A DNA stretch of 64,000 nucleotides, taken from assembly GCA_964460855.1 (NCBI GenBank), contig CAYWQH010000001.1, positions 123,868-187,867 on the forward strand, read 5' to 3'. How positions within the stretch are numbered: position 1 is the stretch's first letter; each line of letters opens with the position of its first letter. Position numbers and translations under genes: made by a program. This stretch comes from an uncultured Candidatus Saccharibacteria bacterium. GTDB lineage: Bacteria; Patescibacteriota; Saccharimonadia; Saccharimonadales; UBA10212. Below are positions 1-9,064 of the stretch, piece by piece. The notes under the pieces were generated by a model, which ran no database searches, had not been told where the DNA came from, and worked only from the letters and a program-made list of their open reading frames with translations.

Positions 1-73
1 TTGCGCCGGAATTACGGGTATTTACGCCCGTAATTTCTCCTGTACTTTTAACTTGTAAATTATAACATATTTA

Positions 74-102
74 TAGACTTTTTTCAATACTTATGCTATA
101 GT
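74..102 (+). promoter_or_regulatory. Extended -10 promoter (TAGACT-N17-TATAGT, TG at -15/-14) placed 7 nt before the ATG at 110; implies a leaderless mRNA
   Basis: cttaTGcTATAGTttggccgATG read directly. There is no SD between the -10 box and the ATG. The same acttatgYTATARt motif recurs at 17166-17181 and 17522-17537. Confidence 0.45.
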
Positions 103-109
103 TTGGCCG

Positions 110-1429
110 ATGTCCGCCAATCCTCTTACCCTAACCGTCCATAAACCCAAATTCCAGGGAACAAACCTGGCTTTTGGGTATAGTTTTAAAGGCGAAAATT
201 TTATAACGACTTTTGACCTGCCCCAAGCTTTACCGGCCCAGCCTGACGGCTACATAATCAAGCTTTTAGATTGGCTGGCAGTAGCCAGTTCGTTTGGCCT
301 GTTTAATGTTGAATACTACGGGCAAATTAACTGCGAATTTCCACTGACCAAAGCCGAAACCGACTTTTTTGAGAAGCTGCTATACTTCGGCCTTGGCGAA
401 TTCCGCTACGTAAATAAAATTCCAATAGATAGTAAAACCACAGTCCGCGGCAACGGCAACCAATCTGAAGCATATGCCCAAACACCCGCCCGCCAGGTTA
501 ACCCGCTGCTGTTAAACGGCGGCGGCAAAGATGGCAGCGTTTCGGCGTTACTGCTGGCCGACGCTGGCATAAATGCGACCTGGTTCCAGCGCGGCAGTTC
601 AGCCGCCCAGCGATCTGTTGTGAGCGCCTGGAATATGCCCGATATAACAATAAAACGGACCTTGGACCCAAATCGGCGCGGCCGCAAGTTTGGCGGGCAC
701 CGCCCGATAAATGCCAGCCTGGCGCTGATATCTGTATTGTTCGCCTGCCTGGCCAATTATGATTCTGTCATCGCTTCTAACGAAGCTTCGGCCAACGAAG
801 GCAATATGGTAATCGACGGCTTTACGTTAAACCACCAGTATTCCAAGTCTTTGGAATTCGAAACTGACTTTTCGACACTGCTAAAAGAATTCAACATTCC
901 GGTTAAATATTTCAGCCTGTTGCGGCCGCTGCACGAGCTGCAAATCGCAGTAATCGCTGCTAACTTGCCAGCCGAAAAACTGGGTGCTATAACTAGCTGC
1001 AACAATGGCACTGGCACCGGCCAGTGGTGCTTAAACTGCGCTAAATGCGCATTTGTAGCTTTAGTGATGACGGCCGCCGGGTCCGAAGCCGCGGCTAAAG
1101 TGTGGGGCCGGCAGGTTATTTGCGAACCGGCGCTGCGCCAGCACTTGCTGGAACTACTGGATCCGGACGTGCCAAAGCCCCTGGACTGCGTCGGCACGCT
1201 GCACGAATGCCAAATTACCGCCCAAGTAATCCTTAATAACAAATCAATTGAACTCGACGAACCGACCCGCCAGCTGCTGGCTAAATACGCTACCGGCAGC
1301 CGCCAGGAAATCCGGGAATTCATCGAAAACTTAGAACCACAGGCCATACCGGAAAATTACCAGCCAGTTATCCCGGTTATGAAACGCTATTTGCAGCAGT
1401 GGCTGGAAACCCAAGGATACTTAAAATGA
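110..1429 (+). CDS. Hypothetical PP-loop-like (adenine-nucleotide alpha-hydrolase superfamily) protein with a CxxCxxC cluster
   Basis: 439-aa ORF. LLLNGGGKDGSVSALL resembles the SGGxDS PP-loop, and QWCLNCAKC is a C-x2-C-x2-C cluster like the QueC zinc site. The stop overlaps the next start (ATGA at 1426-1429). The family call rests on motifs only. Confidence 0.5.
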   Translation: MSANPLTLTVHKPKFQGTNLAFGYSFKGENFITTFDLPQALPAQPDGYIIKLLDWLAVASSFGLFNVEYYGQINCEFPLTKAETDFFEKLLYFGLGEFRYVNKIPIDSKTTVRGNGNQSEAYAQTPARQVNPLLLNGGGKDGSVSALLLADAGINATWFQRGSSAAQRSVVSAWNMPDITIKRTLDPNRRGRKFGGHRPINASLALISVLFACLANYDSVIASNEASANEGNMVIDGFTLNHQYSKSLEFETDFSTLLKEFNIPVKYFSLLRPLHELQIAVIAANLPAEKLGAITSCNNGTGTGQWCLNCAKCAFVALVMTAAGSEAAAKVWGRQVICEPALRQHLLELLDPDVPKPLDCVGTLHECQITAQVILNNKSIELDEPTRQLLAKYATGSRQEIREFIENLEPQAIPENYQPVIPVMKRYLQQWLETQGYLK

Positions 1430-2004
1430 CCGATAGCTACCGTAAAAGCTGGGATAAGCACGGCGCCAGCCCCAAAGCGTTGCAGTGGAATAGCTACAAA
1501 TCCATGGCTGTAAGGTACAAGGAACTTGTAGCCAGCCTACCGGTAGACGGACATACAGTTCTTGATGCCGGCTGCGGTATGGGCGATTTGCTGCCATTTC
1601 TTTATGCCAAATCCGATAATTTTGACTATACCGGCATGGACATTACACCGGAATTTATCGACATCGCTAAAAAACGCTACGACGGCCATAAGTTTGTGAC
1701 CGGCAACGTGTTTGGAGCAGAGCTAGACGAAAAATTTGATATAGTTATTTGCTGCGGCGCGCTAAACGCTTTTTCTGACAACTGGCTGGCCGAGCGGTCC
1801 GAAAAAATCGATAAATTATTCGAACTTTGCAATGTAGCCCTGGCCTTTAATATGGCCGGTAGTTTTGCGCCTAAAGAATCGACTAAAAAAATTACTTATG
1901 CCGACGCCGGCGAGATACTAAAATTCTGCCTTACTTTGACGCCTAAAGTAGTTATTAAAAGCAACTATTCTTCGATAGATTTCACGGTAACTTTATACCG
2001 CTAA
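1426..2004 (+). CDS. Class I SAM-dependent methyltransferase
   Basis: VLDAGCGMGDL is a glycine-rich SAM motif I, followed by an acidic residue and a DIVICCGAL motif. The start was moved to the ATG at 1426, which overlaps the upstream stop (translational coupling). Confidence 0.8.
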   Translation: MTDSYRKSWDKHGASPKALQWNSYKSMAVRYKELVASLPVDGHTVLDAGCGMGDLLPFLYAKSDNFDYTGMDITPEFIDIAKKRYDGHKFVTGNVFGAELDEKFDIVICCGALNAFSDNWLAERSEKIDKLFELCNVALAFNMAGSFAPKESTKKITYADAGEILKFCLTLTPKVVIKSNYSSIDFTVTLYR

Positions 2005-2005
2005 G

Positions 2006-2122
2006 CTATTTATTGGCGCTGGATACCCGCCAATAGGCTAAACCGACCACGGCGACCACTATAAATAGCAATAGCACTATCATAGTTATAAAACCTTGGG
2101 CGTTAGGCTTACGCTTAGTCAT
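2006..2122 (-). CDS. Possible 38-aa small membrane protein (MTKRKPNAQGFITMIVLLLFIVVAVVGLAYWRVSSANK)
   Basis: Hand-translated ORF below the track cutoff. It has a basic N-terminus plus one hydrophobic helix. The SD is weak. Confidence 0.3.
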   Translation of the reverse strand: MTKRKPNAQGFITMIVLLLFIVVAVVGLAYWRVSSANK

Positions 2123-2163
2123 TAATTCCATTATGCTACGGCCGTAGCAAAAATCAACTGCTT

Positions 2164-3285
2164 CTATCCAAAAATTCCGCGTTTGCCGCTGCTTTTGCCG
2201 AAACTTTCGAGAAGTTCCTGCTGTTCGCGGCTAAGTTTGGTGGGCGTATCGACTAAAACCGTAACAATATGGGCGCCCCGGCCGCTGCCTTTAATGTGCG
2301 GCACGCCGTGGCCGGATAGCTTAAAGTCGGTACCGCTTTGGGTGCCGGGCGGCACTTTCATGCGTACCGGTCCGTCTACGGTTTCTACTTCAATTTCGGT
2401 ACCCAAGGCGGCGTCTACCATGCCGATATGTTCGCTGCTTAAAATAAGTTCGCCCTCGCGGGTGAATTTTTTATGGGGCTTGACCCGGAGGTTTACGTAT
2501 AAATCGCCGCGCGGGCCATTAGCTACGGCTTCGCCGTTTTCGCGCAGTCGAATGGTGGCGCCGTCGTCTATGCCGGCCGGTACTTTAAGCGTGATTTTTT
2601 CGCTTTTGCGCTGGGTGCCTTTGCCTTTGCAGACCGTGCAGACTTTTTCTGGGATCTGGCCGCGGCCATTACAGGTCGGGCAAATACTGGCTTGTTGGAT
2701 GTTACCGAAAATAGTTTTGGTAACGTTTACTACTTGGCCGCTGCCTTTGCAGGTGCCGCACTCTTTAAGCTCATAACCCGGCTCAACTGTAGAACCTTTG
2801 CAGTGTTCGCATTCGACATCAAGGTTTAAGTTTAGCTCTACTTCCGTGCCGAAAACGGCTTGCTCGAAGGTAAGTTCCACCATCGTTTCGACGTCCCGGC
2901 CGCGGGCCTGGCGCTGGCCGTTGCGGCCGCGGGCGCCGCCGCCGAAATCGCCGCCAAAAAAGCTGCCGAAAATATCACCTAAGCCCAGGTCGCCAAAGTC
3001 AAAATGAAATTCCTGGCCGTTGCCGGCACCGCCAAAACCCGAGAACGGATTGCCGTCGCTGGCGGCGCTGCTGCCCACCCCGGCATGGCCGAATTGGTCG
3101 TAGCGCTGGCGTTTGCTGGGCTCTTTTAATACTTCGTAGGCTTCGTTAACTTCTTTAAACTTCTCTTCGTCGCCGCCGCGGTCCGGATGGTGCTGCACGG
3201 CTAAGCGGCGGTAGGCTTTTTTAAGCTCATCCGCCGAGGCAGTTTTACCCACACCCAAAACTTCGTAATAATCACGCTTAGCCAT
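2164..3285 (-). CDS. dnaJ: Chaperone DnaJ (Hsp40)
   Basis: J-domain with HPD ([12 protein letters not shown]...HHPDR), a G/F-rich region and four CxxCxGxG zinc-finger repeats. Confidence 0.97.
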   Translation of the reverse strand: MAKRDYYEVLGVGKTASADELKKAYRRLAVQHHPDRGGDEEKFKEVNEAYEVLKEPSKRQRYDQFGHAGVGSSAASDGNPFSGFGGAGNGQEFHFDFGDLGLGDIFGSFFGGDFGGGARGRNGQRQARGRDVETMVELTFEQAVFGTEVELNLNLDVECEHCKGSTVEPGYELKECGTCKGSGQVVNVTKTIFGNIQQASICPTCNGRGQIPEKVCTVCKGKGTQRKSEKITLKVPAGIDDGATIRLRENGEAVANGPRGDLYVNLRVKPHKKFTREGELILSSEHIGMVDAALGTEIEVETVDGPVRMKVPPGTQSGTDFKLSGHGVPHIKGSGRGAHIVTVLVDTPTKLSREQQELLESFGKSSGKRGIFG

Positions 3286-3289
3286 TCGA

Positions 3290-4144
3290 CTAACCTACTC
3301 CATTTTCTTTATCTATTGTAACCTGTACCATTTGCTTGGCTGCCAATCGCGGCGGCATTTCCTGGGAGGGGCCTTTTCTGCCTTGCAGCATTTCCGTAAA
3401 AAAATACAAGTTTTCTTTGCCTTCCACGTCATACGTATTAAAGGCGCGGCGGCTGTCCCATAATACAAATAAGAACCAGAGTAAGTCGTCGTATTCCGTG
3501 AACATCTGTTCCTGCGTCTGAAGCTTTGCTTTATCATTTTCGTGCAGCATTTTGTCGCGGGGGCGTACCCAGCTGGAAACCGAAAAATTCATGGTCGTTG
3601 GCCAGTGCCGGACAACTATACGTTCTTTGTTTTTTTGCACCATTTCAAAAATATTCAACGGGCGGGGAGAAGCTAATGAGGCGATACCGATAATGTGGTT
3701 ATCGCTGTAATAACCCTCCTGAATTCTGGCGTCGAAGCCCTCTACGAAAATCCGCTTACGTTTTTCACCCCTGCCGCTTACTATGGTTTCCGTGGGAACA
3801 TAGCGATAATCAAGTTCGCCGGGCTCCGGCTCGCGGGTCCTTGGCGCTCTGGTTCTTATACGTTTTGGCCAGTCTGATTTTTTGGCGGAATACGGAACTA
3901 ACGCCTTTAGGAAAAACGCGTCCAGGTGGCTTGATTCTATTTCGGGCAGGGTGAAATGCAAAGTATTAAACCTGATCATTTCAGGCTTGTATAACTCTGC
4001 CCGGCTTAATGGCGTAGGGGTCCGGTTCCGTTCGAAACCTTTACGCTTTTTCTTTACTTCCTCGATAGCGTTTATAAAGCTAAACTGGCCGTCTAGCTCA
4101 ACTATCTCTAATTCCGGTGCCGGTAATGGTTCTCTTTCGGTCAT
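3290..4144 (-). CDS. Hypothetical protein (284 aa) inside the dnaK-dnaJ interval
   Basis: Long ORF tightly packed, 4 nt from the dnaJ start. No motif recognised. Confidence 0.6.
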   Translation of the reverse strand: MTEREPLPAPELEIVELDGQFSFINAIEEVKKKRKGFERNRTPTPLSRAELYKPEMIRFNTLHFTLPEIESSHLDAFFLKALVPYSAKKSDWPKRIRTRAPRTREPEPGELDYRYVPTETIVSGRGEKRKRIFVEGFDARIQEGYYSDNHIIGIASLASPRPLNIFEMVQKNKERIVVRHWPTTMNFSVSSWVRPRDKMLHENDKAKLQTQEQMFTEYDDLLWFLFVLWDSRRAFNTYDVEGKENLYFFTEMLQGRKGPSQEMPPRLAAKQMVQVTIDKENGVG

Positions 4145-4159
4145 AATACTAGTTTTAGA

Positions 4160-4501
4160 TTAACGGGCGGCTTGGACCTTGCCCTTGTCCAGTTCCATTC
4201 CCAGCCACTTTTGGGCGCTTCTAGCGGTTTTCACTACCGGCACAGCCTCTAATAAGAACGCCCGGTAACTATGTACTTTTTTAACTTCTTTTTCTACGGC
4301 ATCGAAAAGGTCTACACGGCTGGACATACACATCATTACTTCATTATGCGTTTCTATGCTACCTAGCATAAGGTAATCGGTTTTTACGGCGAACTGTTTT
4401 GCGCAGCCAATTAATTTAGCTTCCAATAAGATGTTGGCAATAGTCTCGGCTTCTGCCTGGTCGGCACACGTTAGCCAAATTTGACAAAATTGTTGCGACA
4501 A
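4160..4501 (-). CDS. cutA: CutA-like divalent-cation tolerance protein
   Basis: 113 aa. It aligns by eye along E. coli CutA (IWLTCADQAEAETIANILLEAKLIGCA ... EVMMCMSS ... HSYRAFLLEAVPV ... KWL). Confidence 0.6.
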   Translation of the reverse strand: MSQQFCQIWLTCADQAEAETIANILLEAKLIGCAKQFAVKTDYLMLGSIETHNEVMMCMSSRVDLFDAVEKEVKKVHSYRAFLLEAVPVVKTARSAQKWLGMELDKGKVQAAR

Positions 4502-4542
4502 AAGCCGACCTCCTCATGCATTCTATTTTAATATATTTGCCG

Positions 4543-5025
4543 CTAGTTTTCTGGCGCTTTCTGAAAACTTAATCCAAGTTGGTTTTGCACTTTGGCAAAT
4601 GCAAATGCTTGTAACAGCGGTCCGATTTGGCCAATATTATGGTGGTTGGCAACTTCCGTTTCAGAAATTAAAGTCCGCTGGCCTGTCTTATCGTCAACTT
4701 TATAGCGGCGCTCCAAATATTTTACTTCGCCTGTATCAGTCCATATAAATTCGGGATGCAATGCTATGCCAGTAGCTTTATATGGCACGTTTACTAGTTC
4801 GATAGAATTAACGCTTTCCGCATCAGAACCAGCAATATGACGGGTTAAAACCATAATGTTAACAGGTTCATTGTATGAGTGCCAGGCTATTAGCAAATTG
4901 GCGCCATTTACATGCTCGCCGTCAAATATTTGGCTTATTTTTTTGCCCCAATTTTTTAATTCAAGCTGGTCGGCTTTTTTGGGCGGGCTGGATAAGACTT
5001 CTGGCCTTTCTCTTTGGACGCTCAT
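4543..5025 (-). CDS. Hypothetical protein (160 aa)
   Basis: The ORF overlaps the upstream RHH gene by 4 nt. No motif recognised. Confidence 0.55.
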   Translation of the reverse strand: MSVQRERPEVLSSPPKKADQLELKNWGKKISQIFDGEHVNGANLLIAWHSYNEPVNIMVLTRHIAGSDAESVNSIELVNVPYKATGIALHPEFIWTDTGEVKYLERRYKVDDKTGQRTLISETEVANHHNIGQIGPLLQAFAFAKVQNQLGLSFQKAPEN

Positions 5026-5294
5026 GGTTGGTCGCTTTCAAATTTATTGGCTTCCGATATTTGTTCTGTAACTGTAGTAAATATTTGCCTTGTGCCTTTT
5101 TCCGGTCCCTCTATTAACACCACTTCGCCGTCCAAGATGGCATTTATGAAATAAGTGTACGAGTCTAAAGCGTCTGTAATTACTTCTGATCTTGTGCGGC
5201 CGGTAACTTCGGAAAGTCTTTCCAGCTGTTGGACAGATTCGCGATGAAGATAATGCGTCAACTTAATATGATTTTCCGGACTATACTCAGACAT
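5022..5294 (-). CDS. Ribbon-helix-helix (CopG/Arc-like) DNA-binding protein
   Basis: IKLTHYLHRESVQQLERLSEVTGRTRSEVITDAL follows the beta-strand / helix / helix RHH pattern. 90 aa. Confidence 0.6.
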   Translation of the reverse strand: MSEYSPENHIKLTHYLHRESVQQLERLSEVTGRTRSEVITDALDSYTYFINAILDGEVVLIEGPEKGTRQIFTTVTEQISEANKFESDQP

Positions 5295-5305
5295 TTTGCT
5301 AAATT

Positions 5306-7222
5306 TTACTCTGTTTTCTTGTCATCTACTACTTCGCCTTCGATTGGCTCGTCGCCTTTTTTATCGACAGTTTCAGCTCCGCCCTCGGCAGATTCGCCCT
5401 CGGCCGGCTTTTCGTCTTTTTGGGCGGCCTCATACATTTTGGCGCCAATCGGCATAATCTTGTCACTCAGGGTTTTGGCGGCAGCTTCGAGCTTGTCTTT
5501 GTCGGTTTCTTCCAAGGATTTCTTGGCTTCTTCGGCGGCGTCTTTAAGGGTTTTAGCATCTTCTTCGCTGAGCTTGTCTTTGTAATCGCCGGCCATTTTT
5601 TCGGCCTGGTAAATCGAATTCTCCAGGATGTTTTTAGCTTCGGCGGCTTCGCGCTTTTTCTTGTCTTCTTCGGAGTGGGCTTCGGCTTCTTTGGCGGCCT
5701 TTTCTACTTCGGCTTTGTCGAGGTTGCCACTGCCCTGGATGGTGATGCTTTGCTCTTTGCCGGTGCCTTTGTCTTTGGCGGTTACATTTAAGATGCCGTT
5801 GGCATCGATATTAAAGCTGACTTCGATTTGCGGAACGCCGCGCGGAGCTGGTGGTATGCCATCTAAAACGAACCGGCCAAGGCTTTTATTGTCGGTGGCC
5901 ATTTCGCGCTCGCCCTGCAGCACGTGGATTTCCACACTGTTTTGGTTATCGGCTGCGGTGCTGAAAACTTCGCTCTTACTGGTAGGGATGGTGGTGTTGC
6001 GTTCGATTAACTTGGTAGTAACGGCGCCTAATGTTTCGATGCCCAGGCTCAATGGAGTAACGTCCAGCAAAAGCACGTCTTTGACGTCGCCTTGCAACAC
6101 GCCGCCCTGGATGGCCGCGCCGACAGCTACTACTTCGTCGGGGTTCACGCCCTGCTTGGGGTCTTTACCGAAAATGGATTTTACTTTTTCCATTACGGCC
6201 GGCATGCGGGTCATGCCGCCAACTAAAATGACTTCGTTAATGGCGCTGGAATCCAGGCCGGCGTCTTTCAAAGCTTTGCGGCAAGGATCTTCGGTTTTAT
6301 CTATCAGGTCGCCGACCAGTTCTATTAACTTGGCGCGGGTAAGTTTGTATTCGAAGTGCTTGGGGCCATCGGCATCGGCCGTCAAAAACGGCAGGTTAAT
6401 GTCGGCGACTTCGGTAGTGCTAAGTTCTTTTTTGGCTTTTTCGGCTTCTTCTTTTAGCCGCTGCATGGCGGCTTTGTCTTCTTTAACGTCTATGCCGCTG
6501 TCTTTTTTGAACTCCTCTACGAAGTGGTTAACGATGCGCATGTCGAAGTCTTCGCCGCCCAAGTGGGTGTCGCCGTTAGTGGACAATACTTCAAACACGC
6601 CATCGCCTAGTTGCAATATGGATACGTCGAAAGTTCCGCCGCCGAGGTCAAACACGGCGATTTTTTCTTCTTTGCCTTTGTCTAAACCGTAAGCCAGTGC
6701 GGCCGCCGTAGGCTCGTTGATGATGCGCTTAACTTCCAAACCGGCGATTTTACCGGCGTCTTTGGTAGCCTGGCGCTGCGAATCATCAAAGTATGCCGGC
6801 ACGGTAATGACCGCTTCGGTAACCGGCTCGCCTAAGAAAGCTTCGGCGTCGGCCTTTAGCTTGGACAGTATCATGGCGCTGACTTCTTCGGGGCTGTACT
6901 CTTTGCCGGCCATTTCGACTTTAACGCCAGTGCCGCTTTTGACGATTTTATAAGGCATCAGTTCGATGTCTTTTTGGACTTCGGCATCGGAAAACTTGCG
7001 GCCGATTAGGCGCTTAACGCCAAAAATAGTATTAGTTGGGTTGGTAACCCTCTGGCGGTTGGCTACCTGGCCTACCAGCCGTTCGTTATTCTTATTTATA
7101 GCTACGACACTCGGCGTGGTGCGGTTGCCTTCGCTGTTGGCGATAATTTCCGGTTTGCCGGCTTGCATGACGGCCATCGCCGAGTTGGTTGTTCCTAAGT
7201 CTATTCCTATAATTTTTCCCAT
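5306..7222 (-). CDS. dnaK: Chaperone DnaK (Hsp70)
   Basis: [17 protein letters not shown] and [11 protein letters not shown] signatures. 638 aa. Confidence 0.98.
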   Translation of the reverse strand: MGKIIGIDLGTTNSAMAVMQAGKPEIIANSEGNRTTPSVVAINKNNERLVGQVANRQRVTNPTNTIFGVKRLIGRKFSDAEVQKDIELMPYKIVKSGTGVKVEMAGKEYSPEEVSAMILSKLKADAEAFLGEPVTEAVITVPAYFDDSQRQATKDAGKIAGLEVKRIINEPTAAALAYGLDKGKEEKIAVFDLGGGTFDVSILQLGDGVFEVLSTNGDTHLGGEDFDMRIVNHFVEEFKKDSGIDVKEDKAAMQRLKEEAEKAKKELSTTEVADINLPFLTADADGPKHFEYKLTRAKLIELVGDLIDKTEDPCRKALKDAGLDSSAINEVILVGGMTRMPAVMEKVKSIFGKDPKQGVNPDEVVAVGAAIQGGVLQGDVKDVLLLDVTPLSLGIETLGAVTTKLIERNTTIPTSKSEVFSTAADNQNSVEIHVLQGEREMATDNKSLGRFVLDGIPPAPRGVPQIEVSFNIDANGILNVTAKDKGTGKEQSITIQGSGNLDKAEVEKAAKEAEAHSEEDKKKREAAEAKNILENSIYQAEKMAGDYKDKLSEEDAKTLKDAAEEAKKSLEETDKDKLEAAAKTLSDKIMPIGAKMYEAAQKDEKPAEGESAEGGAETVDKKGDEPIEGEVVDDKKTE

Positions 7223-7236
7223 GATTTTTCTCCTTT

Positions 7237-7506
7237 TTAAGCGCTTGGCGGTTCCGGGAATTCCGGATGCTCAATTTCTTCCTTATACATATCAAAAAAC
7301 TTCAATTTTTCTTCGTCGGATAATGCGTCTATCTCCTGTTGAAGCCGCCGCATATCTGCTTGGTTAGCCTCAGTATTGCTTTCAGGCGAGGCAGCCTTTG
7401 TGTCTACATCAATGGCCCGGTTTACCAGACCTAAAAGATATTTTTCATTGGCCACTTTTTCTACAAATCGATCGCGAAATTCGCTTAAATTTATTACATC
7501 GCCCAT
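7237..7506 (-). CDS. Hypothetical acidic protein (89 aa) between grpE and dnaK
   Basis: ORF coupled to the upstream ORF by a TAATG overlap at 7506. Confidence 0.5.
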   Translation of the reverse strand: MGDVINLSEFRDRFVEKVANEKYLLGLVNRAIDVDTKAASPESNTEANQADMRRLQQEIDALSDEEKLKFFDMYKEEIEHPEFPEPPSA

Positions 7507-7748
7507 TACTTTTTCTCCTTGGCCGGAGCGGCATCCTGCTCGGCAGCCTGGTTTTCGGCTAAGAATTTAGCCCTGGCTTTATGGCCGATAGCTTTGGCTA
7601 CCTGGTTAGGATATTTGCCGTACAAACCGGCTTGAAATAAGCGGTCGGCTTCGGCCAGGTTTTTAGGCAAACCGTTAATTAGCGTTCCGTCGTCGAACCG
7701 GAACTGGACATTGTCCAGATAAGATATGGTTTTAACTGATTCGTTCAT
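7506..7748 (-). CDS. Hypothetical protein (80 aa) between grpE and dnaK
   Basis: ORF coupled to the grpE stop by a TAATG overlap at 7748. Confidence 0.5.
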   Translation of the reverse strand: MNESVKTISYLDNVQFRFDDGTLINGLPKNLAEADRLFQAGLYGKYPNQVAKAIGHKARAKFLAENQAAEQDAAPAKEKK

Positions 7749-8215
7749 TACTGATTCTCCAATTTAACCCGTACCATGGCATGGCGGATAACTTCGTCGC
7801 CGATCTTATAGCCGGGTTGCAGCTCTTCGCTGACAATTTCGGTTGAGCCGCCATTGTCCTCAACACCAACCGCTTCGTGCAGCCGCGGGTCGAAAACTTC
7901 GCCGACTGTTTTAATCCGCTCGATGCCCAGCTCTGTTAAGGCTTTGTCGAATTGTTTAATAACTCCATGTACGCCCTTTACGTAATCGTGCTCGGCCAAA
8001 TCGCCGGGAGCGTGTTTTAGGGCGCGCTCTAAGTTATCAAAGGCCGGCAGCATTTCGCGGACAACCATGGCCTTGTAGAACTCGGCCAGATGGGCGCGAT
8101 CTTCTTCGGCCCGGCGGCGGACGTTGATGGCGTCGGCCCGTTCACGCTGCAAAGCGTCGGTCAGTTCGCCGATTTGCTGCTCTAAATCTTTTAAGTTTGG
8201 TTTTTTACTGCTCAT
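7748..8215 (-). CDS. grpE: Nucleotide exchange factor GrpE
   Basis: Coiled-coil N-terminus, LLPAFDNLERAL and FDPRLHEAV motifs, and operon context. Confidence 0.93.
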   Translation of the reverse strand: MSSKKPNLKDLEQQIGELTDALQRERADAINVRRRAEEDRAHLAEFYKAMVVREMLPAFDNLERALKHAPGDLAEHDYVKGVHGVIKQFDKALTELGIERIKTVGEVFDPRLHEAVGVEDNGGSTEIVSEELQPGYKIGDEVIRHAMVRVKLENQ

Positions 8216-8275
8216 CCTTATTTTTTCCAGTTAGAACTTTAAATAGATCGCGCAGCCAATATATGAAATCGACAA

Positions 8276-8986
8276 TCATACGTAAAGCACCTCTTCCAGG
8301 TTCTTGCCGGCAGTTTCGACCAGGCTCATCACTTGGCGGTAACTTTGCCGGGTGGGGCCCAGCACTCCAATGTAACTTTGGTCGGAATACGGGCTGCGGA
8401 ACCGGCTGATTATTAAACTACAACCGGAGTTGCGTCCAATGGGGTTTTCGCTGCCGATATAAACGCTGAGCGGTTCGTTGGGGGCGGCTTCGCGCAGCCA
8501 CGGCTCTAAATTGTCCAGGAGCCTCGCAACTTCCTGGACCTGGCCGGGATGAATGAATTCCGGCTGGCCGAACAAGTTGGACAAGCCGCTCATATATAAC
8601 TGGTTGCCGATAGTCGCCATGCCCAAGTTGTGGGTCAGTTCGACTAAGGTATCAACCGCATTGCGGATGGTCCGTTCCGGCATACCGCCATCGGCGACCC
8701 GGGTTTGCAGGGCTTTTTCGGCCCTAGGCACGTTAAGCACTTTTTGGGCTTTGCCGGACGACATATTATTAACGTAAAACCGGTAGCCTTTATCGGTAGG
8801 GATACGGCCGGCACTGGTGTGCGGCTGGCTGATAAAGCCGCCGCGTTCCAACTCGGCCATTTCGGCGCGGACGGTGGCGCTGCTGACATCAAAAACTTTA
8901 GCCAGCAAACTGCTGCCTACCGGGCTGGCGACTTCGGCGTATTGCTCGACGATCGCCTCTAGAATTTTGGCCTGTCGGTCTGTCAT
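8276..8986 (-). CDS. hrcA: Heat-inducible transcription repressor HrcA (short form, 236 aa)
   Basis: N-terminal wHTH (RQAKILEAIVEQYAEVASPVGSSLLA...SSATVRAEMAELE..GFI.QPHTSAGRIPT.KGYRFYV). CIRCE operators lie upstream. Confidence 0.9.
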   Translation of the reverse strand: MTDRQAKILEAIVEQYAEVASPVGSSLLAKVFDVSSATVRAEMAELERGGFISQPHTSAGRIPTDKGYRFYVNNMSSGKAQKVLNVPRAEKALQTRVADGGMPERTIRNAVDTLVELTHNLGMATIGNQLYMSGLSNLFGQPEFIHPGQVQEVARLLDNLEPWLREAAPNEPLSVYIGSENPIGRNSGCSLIISRFRSPYSDQSYIGVLGPTRQSYRQVMSLVETAGKNLEEVLYV

Positions 8987-8997
8987 TAACTACCTAT

Positions 8998-9024
8998 TTA
9001 GCACTCGCTAGTGCTTAATGCTAG
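8998..9024 (-). promoter_or_regulatory. CIRCE operator 1 (cTAGCAtTa-N9-GAGTGCTAA on the minus strand)
   Basis: The right half matches the CIRCE consensus GAGTGCTAA perfectly and the left half matches 6/9. It sits at the predicted +1 / 5' UTR of hrcA. Confidence 0.7.
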
Positions 9025-9052
9025 TTTACCGAAATTGGCACTCTCATGTCAA
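9023..9052 (-). promoter_or_regulatory. hrcA operon promoter (TTGACA-N18-TAAACT)
   Basis: A perfect -35 TTGACA (9047-9052) lies inside the spacer of CIRCE 2. The -10 TAAACT (9023-9028) abuts CIRCE 1. Confidence 0.55.
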
Positions 9053-9061
9053 CAGTGCCAG
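9035..9061 (-). promoter_or_regulatory. CIRCE operator 2, variant (CTGGCACTG-N9-GAGTGCCAA on the minus strand)
   Basis: Inverted repeat with the canonical 9-nt spacer. Relative to TTAGCACTC-N9-GAGTGCTAA the halves match 6/9 and 8/9. Confidence 0.6.
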
Positions 9062-9064
9062 TCG

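Noticed and set aside
2126-2145. Palindrome tgctacggccgtagca downstream of dnaJ as a terminator
   Set aside because: The T-run precedes rather than follows the hairpin on the dnaJ strand, and the stem is short. It was not called.
5229-7367. Multiple long plus-strand ORFs (118-354 aa) overlapping dnaK
   Set aside because: They are antisense to an unmistakable DnaK reading frame and have low-complexity, Ser/Leu/Ala-rich translations typical of shadow ORFs.
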